Translations under genes and position numbers: made by a program | Part shown: one piece after another, positions 20,595-30,500 of the stretch | Numbering within the stretch: position 1 is the first letter of the stretch | Layout of the letters: each line of letters starts with the position of its first letter | Notes under the pieces: model-generated | What the model was told of the DNA's origin: nothing | Seen by the model: only the letters and a program-made list of their open reading frames with translations | Databases searched by the model: none | Source: Gammaproteobacteria bacterium | Lineage (GTDB): Bacteria; Pseudomonadota; Gammaproteobacteria; Natronospirales; REEB76 | Direction: 5' to 3' | DNA: 64,000 nt | Assembly (NCBI GenBank): GCA_027315405.1 | Contig: DAHUYB010000035.1 | Location: 2,710 to 66,709, forward strand

Positions 20595-21014
20595 ATGTTC
20601 CAACTCCACCCGCAGCTCGAAAAAGACACTCTGCCGCTTGGCGGATTCAGTCTTTGTCGCCTGCTGCTCATGAACGACAACAATTTTCCGTGGTTCATTC
20701 TGGTGCCGGAGCGCAAGAACGTGCACGAGATTCACGAGCTGAACGACACAGACCGCCGGCAACTATGGGACGAATCCGCGCAGCTAGCGCGTGCGCTCAC
20801 TGCGGTTTTCAAACCTGACAAGCTCAATATCGCGGCGCTCGGCAACCAGGTGCCGCAACTGCACGTGCACCACATCGTGCGCTATGTGCACGACCCCGCC
20901 TGGCCCCAGCCGGTGTGGGGCAGAATCCCACCGCGGCCGTATTACAGTGCCGAAGTTTTCAAATTGAAGAGCGCGCTTCTGCCGGTTCTGGGCGACTATT
21001 TCCATTCCGAATAA
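20595..21014 (+). CDS. HIT-family hydrolase
   Basis: Histidine triad QLHVHHIV. 139 aa. Confidence 0.8.
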   Translation: MFQLHPQLEKDTLPLGGFSLCRLLLMNDNNFPWFILVPERKNVHEIHELNDTDRRQLWDESAQLARALTAVFKPDKLNIAALGNQVPQLHVHHIVRYVHDPAWPQPVWGRIPPRPYYSAEVFKLKSALLPVLGDYFHSE

Positions 21015-21043
21015 GCGTAAGAACGTCAAACAAAATAACCTGG

Positions 21044-21081
21044 CCCCTCACCCCAGCCCTATCCCGCCAAGGGAGTGGGGG
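21044..21081. repeat. degenerate CCCCTCACCCC...GGGAGTGGGGG intergenic element
   Basis: Shares the CCTCACCCC/GGGGTGAGG core with the elements at 8251-8316 and 33121-33164. Only a short internal stem (TCCC-GCCAA-GGGA). Confidence 0.45.
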
Positions 21082-21166
21082 AAATATAAAACGCAGTGCA
21101 TTTTGTTAGACGCACTTACAGTCGTGGGATAATGCGCCTCCGCATTCCCCGCTTCCTACTTTCCAC

Positions 21167-22123
21167 ATGCACAATCACGGCGAACTGCCTTTCGTGTTTT
21201 CCGGACCTGATCTGGATCGTTTGGCGCCTCAACGTAATGACGCCGAATGGTTCGCGGTACGGCTGACCGATCCTGCAACGCGCTTCGTGCCGGTATGCGA
21301 CGAGGACAACGTATTACTCGCGGACGGCGTGACGCCACTGCTATTGGATGCATCCGCTGCCGAAGTGCTGCAAACTGGGGCGCAATGCACGGTATTGTTG
21401 GGTGAGTATCGCGGCCAGACCTATTTTGCGCTCGGATTGTCTGGCGATACAGCATTACCGGGGAACAATTTCACGCTGACCAACCTGCGGCCACAGTTCG
21501 GTATGCTCGAAGATGACGCACTCGCCTTGCTCGGCTACGCGCGCGCCATGGTGCACTGGCACGCTCTCAATCACTACTGCGGTGAATGCGGTGCACCCAC
21601 ACAAAGCCGCCGCTCCGGACATGAACTGCATTGTAGTCGCTGCGGTAACATTCTGTATCCGCGCGTCAATCCCGCGGTCATCGTGCTAGTGACCCACGGC
21701 GAGCGCTGTCTGCTCGGCCGTCAGCCGGGCTGGGCCACGAACCGCTATTCGACGCTTGCCGGTTTCGTCGAGCCGGGAGAAAGCCTGGAAGCGAGCGTGC
21801 GTCGCGAAGTGCAAGAGGAAACCAATATCCGGGTTGCCTGCATGCATTACCGCGCATCACAACCCTGGCCGTATCCGGCTTCGCTGATGCTCGGCTTCCG
21901 CGCGGAAGCCGAGAACACCGATATCCGCTGCAACGACGGCGAGTTGCTGGAAGCACGCTGGTTCTCGCGCGCGGACATCGCACGCGGCTTGCGAGAAGCT
22001 TCACTCACGCTCTCCACGCCGCAATCCATCTCCTATTGGCTGATTCGGGAATGGTTCGAGGAAGCGCCCGGGTTTTCGCTGACCGAGTTAGCCGTGAGAG
22101 CGGCGCCGAGTACGCGCGCATGA
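21167..22123 (+). CDS. nudC: NAD(+) diphosphatase NudC
   Basis: Zinc ribbon CGECGAPT...CSRCGN, followed by the Nudix box GFVEPGESLEASVRREVQEETNI. Confidence 0.85.
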   Translation: MHNHGELPFVFSGPDLDRLAPQRNDAEWFAVRLTDPATRFVPVCDEDNVLLADGVTPLLLDASAAEVLQTGAQCTVLLGEYRGQTYFALGLSGDTALPGNNFTLTNLRPQFGMLEDDALALLGYARAMVHWHALNHYCGECGAPTQSRRSGHELHCSRCGNILYPRVNPAVIVLVTHGERCLLGRQPGWATNRYSTLAGFVEPGESLEASVRREVQEETNIRVACMHYRASQPWPYPASLMLGFRAEAENTDIRCNDGELLEARWFSRADIARGLREASLTLSTPQSISYWLIREWFEEAPGFSLTELAVRAAPSTRA

Positions 22124-23037
22124 ACGCAACCGCGGGCACACGGAAACACGGAAATACTCCGGCGCTGATTGCCTTGGCGACGCTGGCGTTGATCTGGGGA
22201 TACAACTGGGTAGCGATGAAAGTGGGACTGGTGTACGCCGCGCCTTTTGATTTCATCGCGCTGCGCACCATTCTGGGCGGCATTTGCCTGCTGCTGGTAC
22301 TGCTGCTGCTACGGCGGCCGTTGAAACTCCGCAACCTGCGCGCGGTGCTCTGGCTGGGCTTCTTCCAGACTACCTTGTTCACCACTCTGGCCTTCTGGTC
22401 GCTGGTGCACGGCGGTGCCGGCAAGGCCGCGGTGCTATGTTACAGCATGCCGTTCTGGGTCATCCTGCTGGCCGTACCATTCCTCGGTGAACGCATGCGC
22501 GGGCTGCAATGGTTAGCAGTGCTGGTGGCGCTCGTCGGCATGCTGTTCATCTTTGAACCCTGGCACCGGAATCCGGATCTGGTGAGCAGCAGCATCGCGG
22601 TGCTGGCGGGTGCCGCCTGGGGCGCCAGCGTGATTATCGCCAAGAAAATCCCGGTGAAATCCATGTGGGAATTGGTGTCTCTCACCGGCTGGCAGATGCT
22701 GCTTGGCGGCATCCCCATCGTACTCATCGCCTGGTGGCTGCCATCCCATCCGATCCAGTGGAGCGGGGCCTTCATCTGGTCGCTGTTTTACAATGTGATA
22801 CCCGCCAACGCGCTGGCATGGTTGCTGTGGCTGTACGTATTGCAGCGCCTATCCGCCAGCATCAGCGGACTTTGCTCCCTCGCAGTACCGGTGGTGGGCG
22901 TGTTGGCCGCGTGGCTGCAACTCGGTGAACGGCCGGGGTATTCAGAGGCTGTGGGCATGGCCCTTATCATCATCGCACTGGCAATGCTTTCTGCAACTGC
23001 ATTTTTCCGGGGGACCGCTACGTCTGGACGCGCATAA
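22120..23037 (+). CDS. EamA/DMT-family transporter
   Basis: ATGA overlap with nudC. Ten hydrophobic helices. ALIWGYNWVAMK is an EamA-type start. Confidence 0.8.
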   Translation: MNATAGTRKHGNTPALIALATLALIWGYNWVAMKVGLVYAAPFDFIALRTILGGICLLLVLLLLRRPLKLRNLRAVLWLGFFQTTLFTTLAFWSLVHGGAGKAAVLCYSMPFWVILLAVPFLGERMRGLQWLAVLVALVGMLFIFEPWHRNPDLVSSSIAVLAGAAWGASVIIAKKIPVKSMWELVSLTGWQMLLGGIPIVLIAWWLPSHPIQWSGAFIWSLFYNVIPANALAWLLWLYVLQRLSASISGLCSLAVPVVGVLAAWLQLGERPGYSEAVGMALIIIALAMLSATAFFRGTATSGRA

Positions 23038-23073
23038 ACCGGAGCCCCAGAAACCGGCGGCTATAATGCCCGC

Positions 23074-23847
23074 ATGTGCCTGCTGGTGTTCGCCTGGAAA
23101 ACTCACCCTGACTACGTGCTTGTATTCGCCGGCAACCGCGACGAATCGCATGCGCGGGCTTCCGCCGCGGCGGGATTTTGGGAAGACGCGCCGCAGGTAT
23201 TGGGCGGGCGCGATCTGCAAGCCGGCGGCACCTGGCTCGGCGTCACCAGCAGCAGGCGTTTTGCCGTGGTCACCAATTACCGCGAAGGACCCACTCCCAA
23301 AAAAGCACCGCGATCCCGCGGCGCGCTCGCCGCCGATTTCCTGGACGCTGATACCCCGGCGGATACTTATATACATGAAGTCGCGAAGCGCGCCGGGGAT
23401 TACCGCGCATTCAGCCTCATCCTGGGCGAGCCCACGGCGCTCTGGTATTTCTCCAATCGGGGTGAACTTGAACCAAGGAAAGTGCCCCCTGGCATACATG
23501 GACTCAGCAATCATCAACTGGATACACCCTGGCCAAAAGTCACACGCAGCGTGGCGCGTTTGGATTTGTTATTGAAGCGCCCAGCGTTGACCGCTGAAGC
23601 GCTATTCATGCTGCTGGCTGATCGTACGCCGGTAGCCGACGCTGAACTGCCGGATACCGGCATTGGGATGGAGCGCGAACGTCAGTTGTCGCCGGTGTTC
23701 GTGGCTAATCAGTTATATGGCACACGCTGTTCCAGCGTGATTTTCCTGGATGCCGATGGCGGTTTGCGCTTTGCCGAACGGCGTTTTGATCCGGTCGGAC
23801 AGGCGCTGGAAACCCGTCATTTCCACATCACCGGGAGAACCTCATGA
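23074..23847 (+). CDS. NRDE-family (TANGO2-like, DUF833) protein
   Basis: MCLLVFAW...VFAGNRDE is the signature N-terminus. 257 aa. Confidence 0.85.
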   Translation: MCLLVFAWKTHPDYVLVFAGNRDESHARASAAAGFWEDAPQVLGGRDLQAGGTWLGVTSSRRFAVVTNYREGPTPKKAPRSRGALAADFLDADTPADTYIHEVAKRAGDYRAFSLILGEPTALWYFSNRGELEPRKVPPGIHGLSNHQLDTPWPKVTRSVARLDLLLKRPALTAEALFMLLADRTPVADAELPDTGIGMERERQLSPVFVANQLYGTRCSSVIFLDADGGLRFAERRFDPVGQALETRHFHITGRTS

Positions 23848-25769
23848 GGCATCCCGCCGCCTGCGGCAGCTGGGTATCACCGCTCGGTGCGGCGCGCATC
23901 GCTGCCGGCAACCTAGGCCTGATGCAACCGCACATTGCGGGTGATTGCGTGTACTGGGTTGAAAGCCGGCCGGCGGAAAACGGCCGCGGCGTCTTGGTGC
24001 GCAAGCGCACGGGAGAGAGCCGCCGGGATCTCACGCCGCCGCCGTTCAGTGTCAGAAGCCGGGCACATGAATACGGCGGCGGGGCTTATGCCATCAGTGG
24101 TGACACGGTATTCTTCGTCAACGACAGCGACCAGCAAATCTACCACCTGCCGGTCGCGGGCGGCACGCCACAACAATTGACAACCGCGCGCAATTGCCGG
24201 TTTGCGGATTTGTTACCGGATGAACGGCGCCGGCGGTTGGTATGCGTGTGTGAAGACCACACTGAGAAATCAGCGCAGGCGGTCAATTCACTGGTATCGG
24301 TCGCTCTGCGGGACGGCACACTCACCACCCTCGTGAGCGGCTACGATTTTTACAGTTCGCCGGCCATGCATCCCGGTGGCGGACAACTTGCCTGGCTTGG
24401 CTGGAATCATCCTCACATGCCTTGGGACGCTTGCGAGCTGTGGCTCGCGGAACTCGATGCTGCGGGCGCCGTGCAAAACCCGCGCTGCCTTGCCGGCGGT
24501 GCCGATGAATCCGTATTTCAGCCGCAGTTCGCCCCGGATGGCGGCCTGTATTTCATTTCAGACCGGGATGGCTTCTGGAATATCTATAAGTATGCGGATG
24601 GCAAAACCCGCACCGTCACCCGCGAACCCATGGATCATGGATTCGCGCAATGGCTGTTCGGCATGTCCAGTTATGGCTTCATGACGGATGGCGGGCTGTG
24701 TGCGATACGTCTGCACCAGGGCTGCTCTGAACTGGTACGGATCGGTGCCGATGGAGAAACACAAGTGCTTGCCGGTAATTTTACCCAGATTGAACATCTG
24801 CATGCTCACGGCCAGCGTTTGGTTTTATTGGCCGCAGATCCCACACATGTAACAGGCGTGATTCTGGTCGAGGCTGGAGACACGACGGTACTCAGCGAAA
24901 CTAATGATCCGGTTCCTACGGAGTACCTGAGCTCGCCCGAAGCTATCAGCTTCCCCACCACCGCTGGCGAAACCGCCCACGCCTGGTATTACCCGTCGCG
25001 CAATCCGGAATACTGCGTACCGGCTGGTGAAAAACCACCACTACTGGTGAAATGTCATGGCGGCCCCACCGCCATGAACGGCAATGGCCTGGAGCCGCGC
25101 ATCCAGTTCTGGACCAGCCGCGGGTTTGCAGTGGCGGACGTGAACTACCGCGGCAGCAGCGGCTATGGCCGCGCCTATCGCCGCAGCCTCCACGGACAAT
25201 GGGGCATCAGGGATGTGGAGGATTGCATTCACGCGGCGCGGCATCTGGTGAGTATCGGGCGGGTAGACGGGAAGCAGGTCATCATCAGCGGCAGCAGTGC
25301 CGGCGGTTTCACGGTGCTGTGCGCGCTGGCCTTCCATGATTTTTTCAGGGCGGGCGCGGTTTATTACGGCATCAGTGAGCTGGCCAGCGCCATGGCCGAG
25401 ACCCACAAATTCGAGGCGCATTACGGCGACAGCCTGCTGGGTCCATGGCCCGCGGCCCGCGATCTTTACCGCGCACGTTCGCCGTTATATGCGGCTGACA
25501 ACATCAATTGCCCGGTAATCTTCTTCCAGGGTCTCAAGGATCGGGTGGTGCCCCCCGATCAGACGGAACATATGGTGAACGCGCTGCGCACCAGAAAACC
25601 GCCGGTGGCCTATGTGACTTTCGCTGAAGAGGGCCACGGTTTCCGTCGCAGCGAGAACATTCAGCGCGCCCTGGAGGCGGAGCTCGCCTTCTACGGGCGC
25701 GTCTTTGGTTTCACGCCGGCGGATGCCCTGCCACCGCTTTCCATTGAAAACCTGCCGGAAGGGGCATGA
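23844..25769 (+). CDS. S9-family serine peptidase (beta-propeller plus alpha/beta hydrolase)
   Basis: ATGA overlap with the NRDE gene. Nucleophile elbow GSSAGG and a C-terminal EGHGF. No obvious signal peptide. Confidence 0.85.
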   Translation: MRHPAACGSWVSPLGAARIAAGNLGLMQPHIAGDCVYWVESRPAENGRGVLVRKRTGESRRDLTPPPFSVRSRAHEYGGGAYAISGDTVFFVNDSDQQIYHLPVAGGTPQQLTTARNCRFADLLPDERRRRLVCVCEDHTEKSAQAVNSLVSVALRDGTLTTLVSGYDFYSSPAMHPGGGQLAWLGWNHPHMPWDACELWLAELDAAGAVQNPRCLAGGADESVFQPQFAPDGGLYFISDRDGFWNIYKYADGKTRTVTREPMDHGFAQWLFGMSSYGFMTDGGLCAIRLHQGCSELVRIGADGETQVLAGNFTQIEHLHAHGQRLVLLAADPTHVTGVILVEAGDTTVLSETNDPVPTEYLSSPEAISFPTTAGETAHAWYYPSRNPEYCVPAGEKPPLLVKCHGGPTAMNGNGLEPRIQFWTSRGFAVADVNYRGSSGYGRAYRRSLHGQWGIRDVEDCIHAARHLVSIGRVDGKQVIISGSSAGGFTVLCALAFHDFFRAGAVYYGISELASAMAETHKFEAHYGDSLLGPWPAARDLYRARSPLYAADNINCPVIFFQGLKDRVVPPDQTEHMVNALRTRKPPVAYVTFAEEGHGFRRSENIQRALEAELAFYGRVFGFTPADALPPLSIENLPEGA

Positions 25770-27520
25770 TGCAAAGATCGGCATATTTTGTTCAGAGTCT
25801 CTCCTGGCTGTTCATTCTGATCTTTAGCGCGACCGCGCACGCCGCAGTACCCCAGGTGGATGTGCAGCTGCAGGGCGTCTCCGGCAACCTGCTCAAGAAC
25901 GTGCTCGCTTATTTGAGCATCAACGCCTACAAGGACGCACCCAACCTCAACGATAGCCTGGTGGACCAGATGAACGCGCGCGCACCTCAGGAAATCCGGA
26001 GTGCGCTGCAACCCTTTGGTTATTACCAGGCGCAGGTAACCAGCGCACTCAAGCAGACGGCCAACGGCTGGAGCGTGACCTACAGCGTGACTCCCGGCAC
26101 GCCCGTGAAACTGCGCAACGTGGACGTCCAAATCAGCGGCGCGGGCAAGAGCGATCCGGCTTTCACCAAATATCTCGCCACGCTGCCACTCAAACCGGGT
26201 CAGCAGTTGAACCAGCCGCTATATACGCAGGTGAAGCAGCGCCTGCTGGACATCGCCGCTCACCACGGCTATCTGGACGCACAGTACAGCGCCAGTGTAC
26301 TGCGCGTGGACCCGGTGCAACATTGGGCGGACGTGGAACTGCACCTGGGCACCGGCGTGCAATATTACTTCGGCGCCGTCACCTACGCGCAGGACTTCAT
26401 GGATCCGAAGTTTCTGGCCCGGTATGTGACCTTCAAGCCGGGCGATCCCTACGACGGCGGCAAGCTCCTGGGGCTGGAGTACGCGCTCAACGATTCCGGC
26501 TACTTCGAGAACGTGCAGGTGCAGGTGGAACGCAACGCCGCGGGCGCGGAGCGCCGCATACCCATCCGCATCGCGCTCACGCCGCGCAAACGCAATAAAT
26601 ACGTGCTGGGGATCGGCTACGGCACCGACACCGGCCCGCGCATGACGCTCGGCTGGGAAAACCGGCGCTTGAACGGCGAGGGCCACCGCTTTTCGGTACT
26701 CGGCCAGTATTCCCATGTGCTCGCCACCACCCAGATCAATTACACCGTGCCTACGCCCAACGGCCCGCAACTGGTGTACAGCTTGGCGAACGTGCGCCAA
26801 GTGCTGGGCAGTGGCGTGGCCTACACTACCGCGCTCGGAGTCAATCGCTACACGGTATTGAACGCCTGGTCGTGGAACCAGTACCTGCAACTGTTGCATA
26901 CCCGTAGCGACTACGTCACCGGACCCAGCACTATCAGCACCCTGTTGTTGCCGGGCAGTACGTTCTCGCGGGTGGTGACCTACGATCCCATCTTTCCCAG
27001 TCACGGATACCGGGTGTCTCTGGATCTGCGCGGCGCCAGCCAGGCGCTCGGCTCCAGCACCAGCTTCTTGCGCGCGGACTTGAGCGCCAAACTGATTCTG
27101 ACGATCGCACCGAACACGCGCCTGTTGTTACGTGGCGAGGTCGGCGCCACCGCTACCCGGAATTTCACCGCCTTGCCGCTGTCGCAGCGCTTCTTCACCG
27201 GCGGCGACATGACGGTGCGCGGCTTTGCCTACAATTCCATCGGGCCCACGGACCAATTTGGCAACGTCATCGGCGGCAAAGATTTGATGGTGGGCAGCGT
27301 GGAAGTGGACCATATGCTGGGACCGATTTTCGGTGTGGCCGCATTCGTGGATGCCGGCAACGTCTTCAATTCCTTCAACACCTCGCTGGAAAAAGGCGTG
27401 GGTGTGGGCCTGCGCTGGCGCACACCCGTGGGCATGGTGCGCTTTGACCTGGCTCATCCGGTGAAGCGGCCCGATCTCGGGCGTATACGCATCCACATCA
27501 GCATCGGGCCGGACCTGTGA
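25766..27520 (+). CDS. tamA: translocation and assembly module outer-membrane subunit TamA
   Basis: ATGA overlap with the S9 gene. Signal peptide ...FSATAHA. Omp85 C-terminal barrel (RGFAYNSIGP...FVDAGNVF). Followed by tamB. Confidence 0.85.
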   Translation: MMQRSAYFVQSLSWLFILIFSATAHAAVPQVDVQLQGVSGNLLKNVLAYLSINAYKDAPNLNDSLVDQMNARAPQEIRSALQPFGYYQAQVTSALKQTANGWSVTYSVTPGTPVKLRNVDVQISGAGKSDPAFTKYLATLPLKPGQQLNQPLYTQVKQRLLDIAAHHGYLDAQYSASVLRVDPVQHWADVELHLGTGVQYYFGAVTYAQDFMDPKFLARYVTFKPGDPYDGGKLLGLEYALNDSGYFENVQVQVERNAAGAERRIPIRIALTPRKRNKYVLGIGYGTDTGPRMTLGWENRRLNGEGHRFSVLGQYSHVLATTQINYTVPTPNGPQLVYSLANVRQVLGSGVAYTTALGVNRYTVLNAWSWNQYLQLLHTRSDYVTGPSTISTLLLPGSTFSRVVTYDPIFPSHGYRVSLDLRGASQALGSSTSFLRADLSAKLILTIAPNTRLLLRGEVGATATRNFTALPLSQRFFTGGDMTVRGFAYNSIGPTDQFGNVIGGKDLMVGSVEVDHMLGPIFGVAAFVDAGNVFNSFNTSLEKGVGVGLRWRTPVGMVRFDLAHPVKRPDLGRIRIHISIGPDL

Positions 27521-30500
27521 TCAAACGCATCGTCATCGCCGCTATCGCGTTGCTTATCCTGCTGATCGCCGGCACGCTGTTGTTCGCGCTGCACAGCACG
27601 AGCGTGTTGCGCTGGGGCGTGGAGAAAGTGGCGGCACGTTATCCTGGAGAACTTGTCATCGGCGGTGTCAACGGCACATTCTCCAGTCCGATCATGCTCA
27701 GCAACGTGCAAGTGCATGCAGCGTCATTCGATGCGCACATCCAAACACTGACGCTCGCTTGGCGGCCCTGGGCCTTGCTTACCCGGCATGCGGACCTCAC
27801 CCGTCTGGAACTGAACGGCGTGGACCTCGCGCTCAAATCCACCGGCGAACACCAACCCTTCCGCTTCGTGCGCCCCCGGCCGCCGCATCTGCCGGTGACG
27901 CTGGCGCTGCACAAGCTCACAGTGCGTGCATTGCAAGTCAGCGCGCCGGGCTGGTCGCAGCCACTGATCGTGGATCAAGCCTCGCTCGCGGCGCAACTCG
28001 ACAATCGCGCCTGGGTGCTGAGTGCTTTGCGGGCAAGCGGTGCCCATGTACAGGTACAGGGCCACGGTGTCTGGCAGTTCCAGCACGGCGACCAAGTGAA
28101 TGCGCAGCTGCAATGGCAGTTGGGCCTGCCGCAATTGCCGCCGTTCGCGGGCGAAGCCCGGGTGCAGGGCGACGATCAGGCCATGCAATTGCACGGCACG
28201 CTGCGCGCGCCGTTCCAGTTGCAACTGGCGGTGGAAGTCCGCGAGCTGTTCACCGCCCCCACCTGGAGCGGAACGCTGAATTTCAGTGGCCTCGAGCCGC
28301 AGCGCCTGCGCAGTAGCTGGCCGGAACTCTCCGCAAATGGTGAACTGCAGGTGCAAGGCACCCCCCAGGCGACAGTGCTCAGCGGCGGCGTCAATGCCCG
28401 CGAGCCGAAATACGGCCTGTGGCAAAGCCGCGTGGACCTGCGTTTGACGAGCCGCATGCTTCAGATACACACCCTGGGTCTCACGCGCGCCAGCACCGGT
28501 ACGCGCTTCAATCTCAGCGGACAGGTGCAATACGCGGATGGCCGTGTGGAACCGGCCCTGCACGGCGAGTGGCGCGTACTGCCGCTGCCGCTCACCGGCA
28601 AGCCCTGGTTCGTCTCGCCACGCGGAAAACTCGAGGTCCGCACCCAAGGACAGCAAGTACTCCTGAGCCTGGACGGCAGCTTGAGCAACAACGGCCGTTT
28701 CAAGGCGGATGGCAATGTCAGTATGAACGCACCGCATGCGTGGAGACTCACGGCCAGCGCACAGAAATTCCAGGCGACGGTCGCTTCGTTCAATCACGAC
28801 CAGCCGCTGCCACCCATGAACCTGCAATTCCGGGGTCACGGCGATACCAGCACCACGCGTGTGGATCGTTTCACGGCCACCTGGCTCGAAGGACGCATCC
28901 AGGCCCAGGGCCGCATTGCGCATGGCGGCAGCCAGCCCTGGCAGTTCGGACTCACGGCAAGGCATATCAATCCCGCCGCCTTGTACCCCGAGTTTCCAGG
29001 CGCGCTCAACTTTACCGCCCGGCTTTCCGGCCGGCTCTCACCCCGCACAACCTGGAATGTGAAGTTGAGCAAGCTCGACGGCGAATTGCGCAACGTGCCG
29101 GTGCAGGCTTCCGGCAGCATGAGCCACGGCGCAGAGATCTGGCAGTTTCAGAGTGTCGTCGTGCAGTCTGGCGACAACCGCCTGCAACTCAACGGCCAAT
29201 ACGGCAAACAAACGCACTTTGCCTGGAAGCTGGACGCGCCCGATCTCGCCTCCCTGTGGCCCGAAGTCCAAGGCAATCTGAACAGCTCGGGCCAGGCGGA
29301 TTTTTCCGGTGCAGCGCCGGCGCTCGCGTTTACCCTCCATGGCAAAGGACTGCATTATCGGGAAGACCGCCTGGACAGGTTGAACGCGCAGATAAATTTG
29401 CAGGGCACGTCGCCAACCAGTCATGCCAGTTTGCATGCGGCCGGTATGGAGATCGGCAAGTTGAAAATTGATTCTGTCGAAGCCGAGGCCACGGGCTCGC
29501 TCGCCAGTCACGATCTCAAACTTGCGCTCAATTCACCAGTTGGCAATATCCAGATCGCGGGCAGCGGCGCTTACGCCAATCGCACCTGGCAGGGAAAGCT
29601 GGTGGACATCACCCTGTCCCCGCTCGGCGCGGGAAACTGGAAAAATTCCACACCTTGGCAACCGCGCATCGCGGAGGCGCATTTCAGCCTGCCGCAAGCC
29701 TGCGTGGCGCAAGCCGAAGCGCGCATCTGCTTGAAGGCCGACTGGCAACCAAAGCGTTGGCAGGCGGATGCATTCATCGCGGCGGTGCCCACGCGCGATT
29801 TGCAGGCGCTCCTGCCCGAGGGCCTCGATTACCAAGGCAGCTTCGGCGGCACATTGCATATCCGGGAGATAAACGGCCAGCGCAATCTCGGTCTTGCCGC
29901 CAGTCTGTCATCGGGCGCTATCCACAGTGTCATCAACCGCCGCCGCGTGACCTTGCTGGCTTACACATCCGGTGACTTCAACTTGCGCTCCAATGCGCAA
30001 CTCACCACCGGCCAGTTGAACTGGACGCTGGCCGACGGCGGCTATCTGCACATCCGTTCCCAGATTGCCCACGATAAAAAACTGTCGCTTAGCGGCAATA
30101 TCCAGGGTGAACTGCGTGATTTCCAGTTGATTCCCGCACTGGTTCCTGCGGTCAGCGTGGTCAACGGCAAGCTTCAAGTGAAGCTGGCGCTCAGCGGCAC
30201 GCCCTCGGACCCGTTGTTCGACGGCACGGCTTCTCTCAGCGACGGCGCGGTGAGCGTGCCGCGCTACGGTCTGCGCATCAGCGATATAGCCCTCAACCTC
30301 AAGGGCGACGGCCGCCACCTGACGCTGGACGGCAGTGCCCACTCCGGCAACGGCAGCGTGGACTGGGCCAGCAGCGCCACGCGCAACAGCAACGTCTGGC
30401 AGGCCGAGGGCAAATTGAGCGGTACGAATTTCCAAGTGGTCAACACCTTGGAAGCGCAGGTGGAGGTCTCGCCCGCGCTCGATGTCAAACTCAACAACCG